The notes: generated from the letters alone by a model not told the origin. A DNA stretch of 64,000 nucleotides from Candidatus Thermosaccharophagus tengchongensis (GCA_032161105.1 JAVHTD010000002.1), one strand, 5' to 3'. Positions 9,603-19,740 are shown, numbered from the stretch's first letter. Made by a program: numbers and translations.

Positions 9603-10862
9603 TCATTTGCTCATAGCGAGCCATGCCGAAACGAATGCGTTTTCCTTCGGCAGGAAGCGCAGCCTGACCCTCGCAACAAGTTCCGCAATGTGGTGATGCC
9701 AAAGGCGGTTGGCGTCAACATCCATCTCCTCAAATTCATGCCAATTCCCGTCACCAGCAACATCAACTTCAATCGTCACAGAGCCGCGAGAGCTGCTCCA
9801 TAGCCAGACCGTCTTTTGCGGGAACAGCGCACAGCATATCTCCGATGTGACAGCGCCATTGGGGCTTACTTGGCGTCTTTGCCAAAGAGAGTATGTGAGC
9901 GCCTCCTCACGATGTGGTTCAATCTCGGCTATGTTGAGTCTCGCTGCACAAATCCTGTGGACGGCATCTGATGATGCACCGAGCACCTCAGAGTAATAGA
10001 GCAGCCCACCGCCATGCAGCACCCACGGGTGAACGACGCTCATATCCTGCTTTGCAGTTGCATCGGTCAAACCCGTGAGCGGGTTGCGCGGTGAGCGTGC
10101 CCATGCGATCCCATCGGGTGAATACGCCACTCCAATTCCGTAGCGCCCTTGCCTGCCTATCCCCTCGTATAGCATGATGATGTGATCTCCGTGAATGAAG
10201 GCATGGTGAACTTCAATCCCGGCATCCCAAAACGGGCACTCCGGTTCTTCATGCCAGCCACGCTGCTGGAAGATCGGGTTGTCTTCAAGTTTTATCCAGC
10301 TCTTGCCGTCACTTGATATGGCTCCGCCAATCTGCATTGAGCGCGGTCCATAGCCGCCGTAAATCATTAACCACTCATGGCGCATCTTTATGACGGACGG
10401 AAATGCAACCCCATCGCTGTCCCAAGCTTCATGAGCTCCAACTTCAACGATCGGGTTGGAATCAAACTTGCGCCAGTTCACAAGGTCGCTTGAGAATGCC
10501 AACCCTATGCGCAACTTCCCATCGGCTGCGAAGCCCGAGTAGTAAAGCCAATATTCATCGCCGACCTTGACCATGCAGCCGGCTTCAAAGCCGAGCTCGT
10601 CAAAGCTGCCCTCGGTCGGCACCAAGACCGGATTGTCTTTATGCTTCTCCCAATGGATTCCGTCTTCGCTCATCGCCAAACCGAGCTTCCTCGGCGAGCC
10701 ATGCCCTCGCCAACCGCTGCCCTCTTCCCAACCCTGATAGAGCATGAAGTAGCGGTCATCCTCGCGCCACACAATTGGCGCTGCAGTCCCCTTAGCGTCC
10801 CAGCTGCCACTTGTTGGTTGCAACACAACGCCAATTCGTTCACAAAGCACCCCAGATGGCAT
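9603..10862 (-). CDS. Five-bladed beta-propeller glycoside hydrolase (GH32/43/130-like) with extra C-terminal domain
   Basis: Repeated GLAxSxDGxxW..NP blade motifs (GLAMSEDGIHW, GLAFSSDLVNW, AISSDGKSW, AYSPDGIAW). Confidence 0.75.
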   Translation of the reverse strand: MPSGVLCERIGVVLQPTSGSWDAKGTAAPIVWREDDRYFMLYQGWEEGSGWRGHGSPRKLGLAMSEDGIHWEKHKDNPVLVPTEGSFDELGFEAGCMVKVGDEYWLYYSGFAADGKLRIGLAFSSDLVNWRKFDSNPIVEVGAHEAWDSDGVAFPSVIKMRHEWLMIYGGYGPRSMQIGGAISSDGKSWIKLEDNPIFQQRGWHEEPECPFWDAGIEVHHAFIHGDHIIMLYEGIGRQGRYGIGVAYSPDGIAWARSPRNPLTGLTDATAKQDMSVVHPWVLHGGGLLYYSEVLGASSDAVHRICAARLNIAEIEPHREEALTYSLWQRRQVSPNGAVTSEICCALFPQKTVWLWSSSRGSVTIEVDVAGDGNWHEFEEMDVDANRLWHHHIAELVARVRLRFLPKENAFVSAWLAMSK

Positions 10863-11055
10863 AATCTTTCCCTCCCGTCATGTGGTTTTTCACTGCCACA
10901 GGCTTGCCCTATGGTTCAGCCCATCAATTCACCCAAACCTTTATGTTACCGTGGTGGATTACTTGCCGTTACATCATGCTACACTTCTTAATTGGAATGC
11001 CTGACGAGGATGGCAATTGGCATCAAAGATTGATGCCTGCCGAGGTGTGAATGTC

Positions 11056-11694
11056 ATGGCAGATGCCCGGTCGCAAGTTCAGCAGTTCGTTTCGCAAGCC
11101 ACACAGTTGCTCAGGGCTGGCAGGGCAAATGAAGCTGCCGAGTTGCTGCAAAGGGCGCTTCACATCAATCCGAATAGCTTTGTCGTGCACCACGCGCTTG
11201 GAGTGGCATTGGCGCAGTGTGGCAAGTTTGAGGAGGCTCTTTTGCATCTTCGTCAAGCCGTCTCCATGAACCCGATGTCTCCGCAGGTTCACTTCAACCT
11301 GGGCAGGGTCTATCAAGAGCAGGGGAAGCTGAAGGAAGCTCTGGATGAATTCAGCGAAGCTGTGCGCCTCAATCCGCAATACGAAGCCGCTCTGAAAGCC
11401 ATCGAGGATGTTCAGCAGGAGATGAGTATGAAAGCTACCGAGGAAGCCCCGCTCATTGAAATGGAGCCGCTGGAGTTGATGGAGGAAACATTTGAGCAAG
11501 TCAGGTGCTATTGGCATCCGGATAGAACTCCCACATCAAAGTGCTCATCATGCAACCGTTGGGTATGCTCAGAGTGTGAGAGGTTCGTCTATGGCAGCCT
11601 GATGTGCTTTGAATGCGCCGAGAAGGAATGGTCAAAGACAGCCCCAAAGGAGGAGAAGAAGGGAGAGGGCTCGGTTGAGTTTGAGCTGTATTGA
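11056..11694 (+). CDS. TPR protein with C-terminal B-box-like zinc finger
   Basis: Three TPR repeats; CYWHP...CSSCNRWVCSEC...CFEC. Confidence 0.8.
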   Translation: MADARSQVQQFVSQATQLLRAGRANEAAELLQRALHINPNSFVVHHALGVALAQCGKFEEALLHLRQAVSMNPMSPQVHFNLGRVYQEQGKLKEALDEFSEAVRLNPQYEAALKAIEDVQQEMSMKATEEAPLIEMEPLELMEETFEQVRCYWHPDRTPTSKCSSCNRWVCSECERFVYGSLMCFECAEKEWSKTAPKEEKKGEGSVEFELY

Positions 11695-11719
11695 CAGCCC
11701 GATGGCTGCCGTGACGAGC

Positions 11720-13627
11720 TCACTCAACCTTTGCTGCGACTTCAACTTGTCCGTGTATGACAAAATCAGTCCGAACTCTCGCAGTCGCTATTGGGCGTAT
11801 GAGACCGCTGGCGATAACGGAGGTAGCTCCGGTTGGCTGTTGGAGCAATTCCTCTGGTTCAATCTCCTCCGGCTTAATGAAGCGCCCGATCATCTCTTGT
11901 CTCTCAAGCAGCTTAAGCGCTCGCCAACTCTCAGCATCCCAGATTTCAATTAACACCTCTGTGCCACATGGCTCTTCATTCATCACCCTGACAAGCTCGT
12001 CAAAGGAGCTTGGGAAGTCAGCCGCTGTGAGGTGCCTGTTTAACAGGCGCAGTGGAGCCTCATCAATTGGGCGCTTTCCGCGAGCCACAAGCACAATCTC
12101 ACCCGGGGCATCTTTTGGGATTGCCACCTTTAACCGCTCAACTATAGCGCTGTCATGGAATGGCTGTAGATGCACTGCCAGCTCAACTTCGCTGCCCCTG
12201 CGCAGCTTGCCATTCGGTATGCTGAGCTTGCAGATGCGCGCCGTCATGCGCCTCTGAGTCACGCTAATGTTCACATCAATTCGTTCAATCCGTGCCCCCT
12301 CAAATTCATTCCTCAGCAAAGCCATAAGCCATCTTGTGAATTTCAGGGCGCACTCAGACGCCACATCGGTTTCGCTGTAGATTTTCTCGGAGCGCACCAA
12401 AGGTGATCTGTTGTTGCAGCTCACCTCCCACTTCAGTTCAGCAGTCCCGCTGCCAACCCTGTCAAATGCCTTATCAACGGCGTCCAACATAACAACACCG
12501 CATATTATCGGAAGCAACTCCTCATCCGGCGTTACCGATACTATGACCTGCCTCTTCGTGTTACCCTCAACGGTGATGTGCAGTTGCACCCAATTGGGCG
12601 AACGCTCAAGGTAGCCAGCAACGCCTCGTTCTCTGTCCTGTGTCACCACTCCGATGGTTTTCCCAAGTGGTGAGCCAACCTTGAACGGCATGAGCAAGCT
12701 GCGGACAACGCTGTGTATGTATGCACAGGCTAAGCCGAACTGCGCATAGCCGCGCTGCAGCAGTGGGTGACCGAGGGCGACGAATTTCCCGCCGGCAGCG
12801 TAAGTCAATGTGCCGAGAGCCGAAAGCGAAATATCGCCATGCGCGAACTGAATCGCAATCGCAGAACCCATCTCAAGCTTTACATTGCTCACGGCATTGG
12901 CAGATGATGGTGATGCCGTAAGGAACATGCCACGATGCCCCATGAAACTCTTAAAGCGCTCAATCGCCCTCGCGGAGAGACCTTGCACCATGAGCGGCGT
13001 TATAAGCCTTGCCTTTGTGGTCACTCCATGCGGCGGGTATATGTTGCGGAGATGCCGGATGAGCATCGGCATGCGCATTTTGAGCATTACAAAATCCCAA
13101 TTGAGTGGTGATGCGGGCAAGACGCCGCACGCTTGATGGAGTAGCGTGAAGCCGTTACGGTGATTGCTTGGCTCAGGCATTATGCTTGCCTTGTGCTCCT
13201 CAACCTTGGGTTCGTCGTATTTTAGCAGGGAGAGCATGTCATGGGATGGTGTCATATACGCGAATGTCGTATCCGAGAGTGGTTCTGCATGTGCGATTGC
13301 CCCGGCGAGTTCGCCATTGATGAGCACCGGGCTGCCACTCATCCCGGCACATACCCCGCCAACACGCTCAATGTTTTTTCCACCAACTCGCACCAAGACA
13401 ACATCGGTGTTCGGCATTGAGCCCTTCAGAACATCAATTACCTCAACCGAGAACGATTCCACCTTAACACCCTCAAACACCGTTTTGCCGATGCCCTTCA
13501 TTCCCGGCTTTAAATCGTTGATGCTAATGATGGCATACGATGGGCTAAGGCATAAAGAGAGGGCGCACAAGAGCTTGCAGACGAGGTTAATGAGAATGGA
13601 TGGCGCTCTCGTTCGCATTGACAGCAT
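11720..13627 (-). CDS. SpoIVB-like peptidase S55 domain protein, likely secreted
   Basis: PGMKGIGKTVFEG, GMSGSPV catalytic Ser motif, ALGHP; hydrophobic N-terminus; GGAGG before the ATG at 13627. Confidence 0.85.
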   Translation of the reverse strand: MLSMRTRAPSILINLVCKLLCALSLCLSPSYAIISINDLKPGMKGIGKTVFEGVKVESFSVEVIDVLKGSMPNTDVVLVRVGGKNIERVGGVCAGMSGSPVLINGELAGAIAHAEPLSDTTFAYMTPSHDMLSLLKYDEPKVEEHKASIMPEPSNHRNGFTLLHQACGVLPASPLNWDFVMLKMRMPMLIRHLRNIYPPHGVTTKARLITPLMVQGLSARAIERFKSFMGHRGMFLTASPSSANAVSNVKLEMGSAIAIQFAHGDISLSALGTLTYAAGGKFVALGHPLLQRGYAQFGLACAYIHSVVRSLLMPFKVGSPLGKTIGVVTQDRERGVAGYLERSPNWVQLHITVEGNTKRQVIVSVTPDEELLPIICGVVMLDAVDKAFDRVGSGTAELKWEVSCNNRSPLVRSEKIYSETDVASECALKFTRWLMALLRNEFEGARIERIDVNISVTQRRMTARICKLSIPNGKLRRGSEVELAVHLQPFHDSAIVERLKVAIPKDAPGEIVLVARGKRPIDEAPLRLLNRHLTAADFPSSFDELVRVMNEEPCGTEVLIEIWDAESWRALKLLERQEMIGRFIKPEEIEPEELLQQPTGATSVIASGLIRPIATARVRTDFVIHGQVEVAAKVE

Positions 13628-13649
13628 CGTTGCCGTCCTCCCGAAAGCC

Positions 13650-14927
13650 TCACAGCCTGAAGACCTTCTGCTTGAAGGCTTCATCTCGTGGGATGGCATT
13701 GCGCATGTCAACGATCAAGTTTGCCCTCTCGGCAATTGCACGCCAATCATACGAATCGTGAGCTGTCAGCACGACGACACAGTCGACCGACGAGAGTAGC
13801 TCTTCCGTCAACTCCTGTGACTTGAGCGTTTGCCCATCAACTTCAATCTCGTGAACATGCGGGTCGTTGTAGATAACCCTTGCACCCATCCGCATAAGGA
13901 GCTTGATGACCTCAAGCGATGGCGATTCTCGGTAGTCTCTTACATTCGGCTTGTATGCGACACCGAGTATGAGCACCTTGCTGTCAATTAGTGGCTTATG
14001 CCTTGAGTTGAGCGCTTCCATTACGATGCTGACCGTCTCCTCCGGCATGCGCTTGTTTATTTCGTCAGCGAGCTCAATGAATCTGGAGCGGAAGTTGTGA
14101 AGCCTGACACGCCACGCAAGATACATCGGGTCAACTGGGATGCAGTGTCCCCCGACACCGGGACCGGGGTAGAATGGCATGAACCCAAATGGCTTTGTGG
14201 AGGCAGCCTCAATTACCTCCCAAACATCAATTCCGATGCGCCTGCACATTAACGCAAACTCGTTGACGAGTGCTATGTTGACCGAGCGGAAGGTGTTTTC
14301 AAGCAACTTTGCAGCCTCTGCGACGGCTGGTGATGAAACCTTGACCACTCTGTCCTCGCCAACCACGAGCGAAAAGAGAGCTGCTGCCCTCTTTGTGCAC
14401 TCATGCGTGACGCCGCCGACAATCCTTGGCGTGTTCCTCAGGGTCCATTTCCTGTTTCCGGGGTCAACACGCTCGGGCGAATATGCGAGGAAGATGTCCT
14501 TACCTATGGTGAAGCCTCGCTTCTCAAGTTCCGGTTTGAGCACCTCTTCAGTCGTGCCCGGGTATGTTGTGCTCTCAAGGACAACGAGCGTTCCTGAGGA
14601 AACATGTTCGGCTACCTTTTGTGAGGCATCAAACACATGCGATATGTCTGGCTCGCCAGTTTTGCGAAGCGGTGTCGGGACGCATATTACGACGGCATCG
14701 CATGTTGAGATTGGGCTATAGTCATCTGTTGGGCGGAATCTGCCGAGCGCAGCTTTGACTTCCTCGTCCGAGACATCGTCAATGTAGGAACTCCCATTGA
14801 GGAGCATTTGCACCCTGCTTCGGTTGACATCAATCCCATAGACGCGGTTCAGCTTTTCAGCAAAGGCAAGGGCAAGCGGCAACCCAGCATATCCGAGCCC
14901 GACTACCGCCACAGATTCAAACCTCAT
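13650..14927 (-). CDS. Nucleotide-sugar dehydrogenase (UDP-GlcNAc 6-dehydrogenase/WbpA type)
   Basis: GLGYAGLP, CVPTP, ESTTYPGTT, SPERVDPG, KLLENTFR, GVGGHCIP. Confidence 0.9.
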   Translation of the reverse strand: MRFESVAVVGLGYAGLPLALAFAEKLNRVYGIDVNRSRVQMLLNGSSYIDDVSDEEVKAALGRFRPTDDYSPISTCDAVVICVPTPLRKTGEPDISHVFDASQKVAEHVSSGTLVVLESTTYPGTTEEVLKPELEKRGFTIGKDIFLAYSPERVDPGNRKWTLRNTPRIVGGVTHECTKRAAALFSLVVGEDRVVKVSSPAVAEAAKLLENTFRSVNIALVNEFALMCRRIGIDVWEVIEAASTKPFGFMPFYPGPGVGGHCIPVDPMYLAWRVRLHNFRSRFIELADEINKRMPEETVSIVMEALNSRHKPLIDSKVLILGVAYKPNVRDYRESPSLEVIKLLMRMGARVIYNDPHVHEIEVDGQTLKSQELTEELLSSVDCVVVLTAHDSYDWRAIAERANLIVDMRNAIPRDEAFKQKVFRL

Positions 14928-15131
14928 TTCTAACCCCCTCCATTGCATGGGTGCAGCGCTGCCATCCGTTTCGCTACCGTTGGCGTTCTTTCATCTATCG
15001 CCGTCGGGTTTGCGATGAGTGTGTTGGGTAAGCTGCATTTTGGGATCTCACCTTAGCGCGATAAGAGGCACACCATAACGCGCCTGAACCCGTTCCACCC
15101 GGTTACTGCGATTCTCTTTCTCCCTCTGCAA

Positions 15132-16010
15132 TTAGTTGCGTTTTGACTCGGCAGCCTGCAACCACCTCTTAACCCAATTGAGCATGCGTTCACCAAGTTC
15201 TGGGTCTGTGAGGGCGAGCAAGAAGAAGGCTTCAAAGTATGTATCAAAGCCGCCGATGTCAAGCCTTCTCTCATTCTCGCGCAGTGTCACCCCAAGCACA
15301 GTTAACCCTTCCCTCACCAAGAGGCGTATAGCATCGGTCAACTGATACTCGCCGCCATAACCTTTTGTGATGCGCGAGAGCGCATCGTAAATGCACGGTG
15401 AAAAGATATATCTTGCAGCTACAGCGCAGTTTGATGGTGCCTCCCCAACTTGTGGCTTTTCAATGATGTCGGTTATTCGGCTGACTTCGGCTGACTCATC
15501 TTCAAGAGCGGCTATGCCATACTTGCTCACTTCGTCAGGGGCAACCCTCTCAAGCGCAATCGTCGCTGCTGCATTGGTGCTCAAGTGGCATTCCATCATC
15601 CTGGTGAGCAAGTCATGAGGCTTTGGTGCATATATGATTGAATCACCGAGTGCGACGATGAAGTCATCGCTGCCTGTGAAATCCCTGGCTAAGCTGACCG
15701 CGTGTCCGAGACCAAGCGGCGTGCTCTGTCGGGCGTAAAATAACTGCACATGCATGCTGCTCGCAGTTGGGTAAAGTTTTGGCGAGGCATTTTGCAAAGT
15801 TGGGTCTTCATCAAAGTGGTCTTCAATGCTGCGCTTCTTGTAGCCGGTGATTATGAGTATGTCCTTGATCCCAGCAGCCGCGAGCTCCTCAACAACATAC
15901 TGAATGACTGGCTTCCTGCCGACCGGCAGCATCTCCTTCGGTTGCGACTTCGTCGCCGGTAGAAGCCTTGTCCCCAAGCCGGCTGCTGGTATGACCGCCT
16001 TCCGTATCAT
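15132..16010 (-). CDS. galU: UTP--glucose-1-phosphate uridylyltransferase family
   Basis: KAVIPAAGLGTRLLPATKSQPKEMLP, LGLGHAV, EKP, EYQLTDA. Confidence 0.85.
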   Translation of the reverse strand: MIRKAVIPAAGLGTRLLPATKSQPKEMLPVGRKPVIQYVVEELAAAGIKDILIITGYKKRSIEDHFDEDPTLQNASPKLYPTASSMHVQLFYARQSTPLGLGHAVSLARDFTGSDDFIVALGDSIIYAPKPHDLLTRMMECHLSTNAAATIALERVAPDEVSKYGIAALEDESAEVSRITDIIEKPQVGEAPSNCAVAARYIFSPCIYDALSRITKGYGGEYQLTDAIRLLVREGLTVLGVTLRENERRLDIGGFDTYFEAFFLLALTDPELGERMLNWVKRWLQAAESKRN

Positions 16011-16135
16011 TCCGACTCAGCTCCCAAGGATACATATGCAACACGCGGCAGCGGAGCAAAGAGCCACCACCCTACTTGGTGTGGGGCAAAGGGTCATCTT
16101 CAGATTTTGAGAGGACACATCATAAAGTGCTCAAG

Positions 16136-16208
16136 TGGCCGGACCCAGAGTCGAACTGGGGACACCCGGATTTTCAGTCCGGTGCTCTACCACCTGAGCT
16201 ATCCGGCC
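16136..16208 (-). tRNA. tRNA-Phe(GAA)
   Basis: GGCCGGATAGCTCAGGTGGTAGAGCACCGGACTGAAAATCCGG...GTTCGACTC; cloverleaf folds. Confidence 0.95.
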
Positions 16209-16233
16209 ACGCATTTCAGCGCTCTGTAGTGAG

Positions 16234-16311
16234 TGGCGGGGCCGACGGGATTTGAACCCGCGACCTCCGGCTTGACAGGCCGACGTGCTAACCAGGCTGC
16301 ACCACGGCCCC
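16234..16311 (-). tRNA. tRNA-Asp(GTC)
   Basis: GGGGCCGTGGTGCAGCCTGGTTAGCACGTCGGCCTGTCAAGCCGG...GGTTCAAATCC...CCA. Confidence 0.95.
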
Positions 16312-16352
16312 TGCCATCGCATCACTCATCATTATAGCGCGTTTGCCATTAG

Positions 16353-16424
16353 TGGGCGGTAGAGGATTTGAACCTCTGTCCTCCTGCTTGTAAGGCAGGC
16401 GCTCTCCCACTGAGCTAACCGCCC
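16353..16424 (-). tRNA. tRNA-Val(TAC)
   Basis: GGGCGGTTAGCTCAGTGGGAGAGCGCCTGCCTTACAAGCAGG...GGTTCAAATCC. Confidence 0.95.
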
Positions 16425-16461
16425 ACTCGCATAAGCGAATGTAACCACAGGAATGACTTTG

Positions 16462-16536
16462 TGGCCCCGACGGGATTTGAACCCGTGTTCCCGGCTTGAA
16501 AGACCGGTGTCCTCGACCAGCCTAGACGACGGGGCC
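16462..16536 (-). tRNA. tRNA-Glu(TTC)
   Basis: GGCCCCGTCGTCTAGGCTGGTCGAGGACACCGGTCTTTCAAGCCGG...GGTTCAAATCC. Confidence 0.95.
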
Positions 16537-16560
16537 ACCATTAAACTGCACAACCAAAAG

Positions 16561-16637
16561 TGGTGCGCCGTGCAGGATTCGAACCTGCGACCCCCGGATT
16601 AAAAGTCCGGTGCTCTACCAGGCTGAGCTAACGGCGC
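16561..16637 (-). tRNA. tRNA-Lys(TTT)
   Basis: GCGCCGTTAGCTCAGCCTGGTAGAGCACCGGACTTTTAATCCGG...GGTTCGAATCC...ACCA. Confidence 0.95.
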
Positions 16638-16762
16638 TGCTTGAGCTATCCGCATTTCAAAAATTGTAGCGCCATTAAATCATGAGTAAAGTTGGGAGCG
16701 TCTGCTTTGAAGGTCCCGCACTAAAGCATCGTCATGCAAAACTTCGCTTCTCGCTCTGCCTC

Positions 16763-19195
16763 TCAATCGCTACTGCCATTTGGAGCGGTTGCTTCGGCTG
16801 GAGCAAACTCAGCTTCAACTCTTTCCATTACCCAACTTCGCTTGCTGTATGCGACTGCTCCGGCAAGGAGCGCAAAGGCTATAAGCACAACTATTGCCCT
16901 GACGATGGGTGATATCTCATGTGCGAATATAGGGGCTATCAAAATGCCCACAAGGTTCATCACTTTGATCAACGGGTTGAGTGCGGGTCCGGCTGTGTCT
17001 TTGAATGGATCTCCGACTGTGTCCCCAATCACCGCTGACTTGTGGAACTCAGTCCCCTTCCCACCGAACAAGCCGGCTTCAATCTTCTTCTTTGCGTTGT
17101 CCCACGCACCACCTGCATTGGCCATGAGCACAGCAAGCAGCTGACCTGTGACAATCGCCCCACCGAGGAAGCCACCGAGTGCTGCTGCGCCGACTTTCGT
17201 CCCCATGAAGCTCAATGCGAATGCCGTAAGTATCGGTGAGCACACCGCAAGTATTCCGGGACCAAGCAACTCTCTTTGTGCAGCTGCTGTGCTTATCGCA
17301 ACGCACCTTCCATAGTCTGGCTTTTCCTTCCATTCCATTATCCCGGGTCTCTCCCTGAATTGCCTCCTCACTTCCTCAATCAGCTGGAAGGCTGCTCTGC
17401 TCACAGCTCTTATCGCGAACGAAGAGAACAGGAATGGGACTGCAGCTCCAATGAGCAACCCGATGAATACCTCTGGCTGGTCAATTGATATTCCGAGCAC
17501 ACGCCCAATGAAGCCGTGGCTTTCGCTTGCGGCGCTAACAAGCCCTGCTGCCTCTGTGAATGACCTGAAGAGAGACACAGCAGCTATGACTGCGGTCGCA
17601 ATCGCAAAGCCCTTTGTGAGCGCCTTCGTTGTGTTTCCGACTGCATCAAGCTTTGCCACCATCCTTGCGGCTCTCTCATTCCTCGTTGCTTCGTCCCTGA
17701 GTGCTCCCGACATCTCATAGATGCCGTGAGCGTTATCCGAGATTGGACCGTAGGTGTCCATTGCGAGTATGAAGCCAGTTGTTGCAAGCAGTCCCAAGCC
17801 AGTCAGCGAAATGCCGTAAGCCGACATGAGCACATCCCCAGCGAAGATGATGAGTGATGCGAATATGGTCATTGCTATTGCAACTATTGCCCAGACGGTT
17901 GATTCAAGTCCCGTGGCAAACCCTTCAAGGATGAGTGTTGCTGTTCCGGTCTTCGTTGAGTATGCAATCTCAGTGACGGGGCGGCGCTCAGTTGATGTGA
18001 AATACTCCGTCAGCCATCCGGTTATGACGGCGAGGACGATGCCCATCGTATTCGCTGCGAAGAAACGCCACCAACCTATTGGTTCGCCCGTGTTCACATT
18101 CACGATGTTACGCAGGTAAAGAAAGCTGACAAGCGCAAAACCAAATATGCTCAATGCTGCCGAGCTCCAGAAGCCGACATTGATTGGTTGCATCGGGTCC
18201 ATTTCCTCCTCATCCCTTCCCCTAACAAGCCATGTGCCTATGACCGAAGCTATGACGCCAACGGCTCGCACGAAGAAGGCATACATGATCAGCTTGAGCG
18301 CTCCGGCTTCACCAACAACGCTCAATGCGCCGTAGCCAAGGAGAATCGCTGCCACCAGTGTCACTTCATATGACTCAAACACATCCGCAGCCATACCGGC
18401 GCAATCGCCAACATTGTCACCGACATTGTCAGCTATTACCGCTGCATTCCTCGGGTCATCTTCCGGTATGCCCTTTTCAACCTTCCCGACAAGGTCAGCG
18501 CCGACATCTGCAGCTTTGGTGTATATTCCGCCGCCGACTCGCATGAACAGCGCAGCGAGACATCCGCCAAATCCAAATCCAACAAGCACCTTCATTGCGT
18601 TCTCTCGGAAGACGAGAAAGATGATGCACGCTCCGAGCAATCCCAATCCGACTGTGAACATTCCGGAGACTGTCCCAGCTTGGAAGGCTATCTCCAAAGC
18701 CTTCTTAAACGAACCGAGTGCAGCCATCGCAACCCTGTTATTGCCATTCACCGCTGCATACATTCCGACATAGCCAGCCGAGTAGGAAGCGAACACGCCC
18801 ATCAAGAATGCCAAGCCAATCCCGATGGCGATATATGGTCCGTAGTCCGGCAAAGGCATGTAAACGAGGATTAGCACTATCGTGATTCCGATCACGAACC
18901 ATATCATCGTGCGGAACTGTCGTCTCAGGTATGCAAACGCCCCCTCCTTAATGGCTTGATTGACTTGGCGCATTGCCGGTGTGCCCGGGTCTTCTCTCAG
19001 CACTTTGCGTATCAAGTAGTAACCGTATGCGAGGGCACCGATAGCTGTTACGAGCACAAACAGCAGCACATGGATTTCGCTCTGTGAGAACGGTGGAAGC
19101 TTAATTTTTCCCTCTTGGGCGAGAGCGTTGGAAAGCGCCAACGGGAGTGCGCACATCACTGCATACATCCATCTGTGCCTGCGCATATCCTTCAC
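16763..19195 (-). CDS. hppA: Membrane-bound ion-translocating pyrophosphatase, K+-independent type
   Basis: DVGADLVGKVE, DNVGDNVGD, GPISDNA, GNTTKA, GGAWDNAKK, GDTVGDPFKD. Confidence 0.97.
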   Translation of the reverse strand: MKDMRRHRWMYAVMCALPLALSNALAQEGKIKLPPFSQSEIHVLLFVLVTAIGALAYGYYLIRKVLREDPGTPAMRQVNQAIKEGAFAYLRRQFRTMIWFVIGITIVLILVYMPLPDYGPYIAIGIGLAFLMGVFASYSAGYVGMYAAVNGNNRVAMAALGSFKKALEIAFQAGTVSGMFTVGLGLLGACIIFLVFRENAMKVLVGFGFGGCLAALFMRVGGGIYTKAADVGADLVGKVEKGIPEDDPRNAAVIADNVGDNVGDCAGMAADVFESYEVTLVAAILLGYGALSVVGEAGALKLIMYAFFVRAVGVIASVIGTWLVRGRDEEEMDPMQPINVGFWSSAALSIFGFALVSFLYLRNIVNVNTGEPIGWWRFFAANTMGIVLAVITGWLTEYFTSTERRPVTEIAYSTKTGTATLILEGFATGLESTVWAIVAIAMTIFASLIIFAGDVLMSAYGISLTGLGLLATTGFILAMDTYGPISDNAHGIYEMSGALRDEATRNERAARMVAKLDAVGNTTKALTKGFAIATAVIAAVSLFRSFTEAAGLVSAASESHGFIGRVLGISIDQPEVFIGLLIGAAVPFLFSSFAIRAVSRAAFQLIEEVRRQFRERPGIMEWKEKPDYGRCVAISTAAAQRELLGPGILAVCSPILTAFALSFMGTKVGAAALGGFLGGAIVTGQLLAVLMANAGGAWDNAKKKIEAGLFGGKGTEFHKSAVIGDTVGDPFKDTAGPALNPLIKVMNLVGILIAPIFAHEISPIVRAIVVLIAFALLAGAVAYSKRSWVMERVEAEFAPAEATAPNGSSD

Positions 19196-19484
19196 TCCTT
19201 TTGGCTCATGGTGGGCAATCTATGGCATGCTTTTGGACTCACAAAACAAGCCGCCCTTGATCGCGGCTTCAAACTGCGTCAAGTTATTCGGTAATTATAG
19301 CGCACCTAATTCACCCTCTTGTGAGAACCGAATGCGAATGGAAGCGCAGTTAAACAGCCAACATAACCATTGCAGGCAGCAGCATGATTACTCATGCTAT
19401 TTATCTCTTTGCGTTGAACGGTGCCCGTTAGGTTGATGTGAAAAGGGAGTGGGGCAAGCCATCGCTTTAAGGCAAAAAGAGTTG

Positions 19485-19557
19485 TGGCCCCACCGGGATT
19501 TGAACCCGGGTTTCGGGACTGAGAATCCCGCGTCCTCGGCCGCTAGACGATGGGGCC
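19485..19557 (-). tRNA. tRNA-Glu(CTC)
   Basis: GGCCCCATCGTCTAGCGGCCGAGGACGCGGGATTCTCAGTCCCG...GGTTCAAATCC. Confidence 0.95.
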
Positions 19558-19740
19558 ACAAGCACAATCATCGTTTTCATTTTGTATCAACCATGCGCGA
19601 TTGTAAAGTGTGCGGCGCGCGTCTCGCGGCGCTACACTGTGGGTGAACGGCGTGCTTTGTAGGATGCGCATGGGCTTTGGCGTTGTGCACCATGTCTGCA
19701 GCGCCGAAGCTAAAGGCTCACTTGTGGGGGTGTGACGGGG

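Noticed and set aside
14965..14982. CGGTAGCG on the minus strand upstream of the nucleotide-sugar dehydrogenase, ops-like
   Set aside because: Only a partial match to GGCGGTAGnnTG, with no RfaH-type gene or long polysaccharide operon here
16131..16553. Small ORFs across the tRNA cluster
   Set aside because: Explained by the tRNA genes
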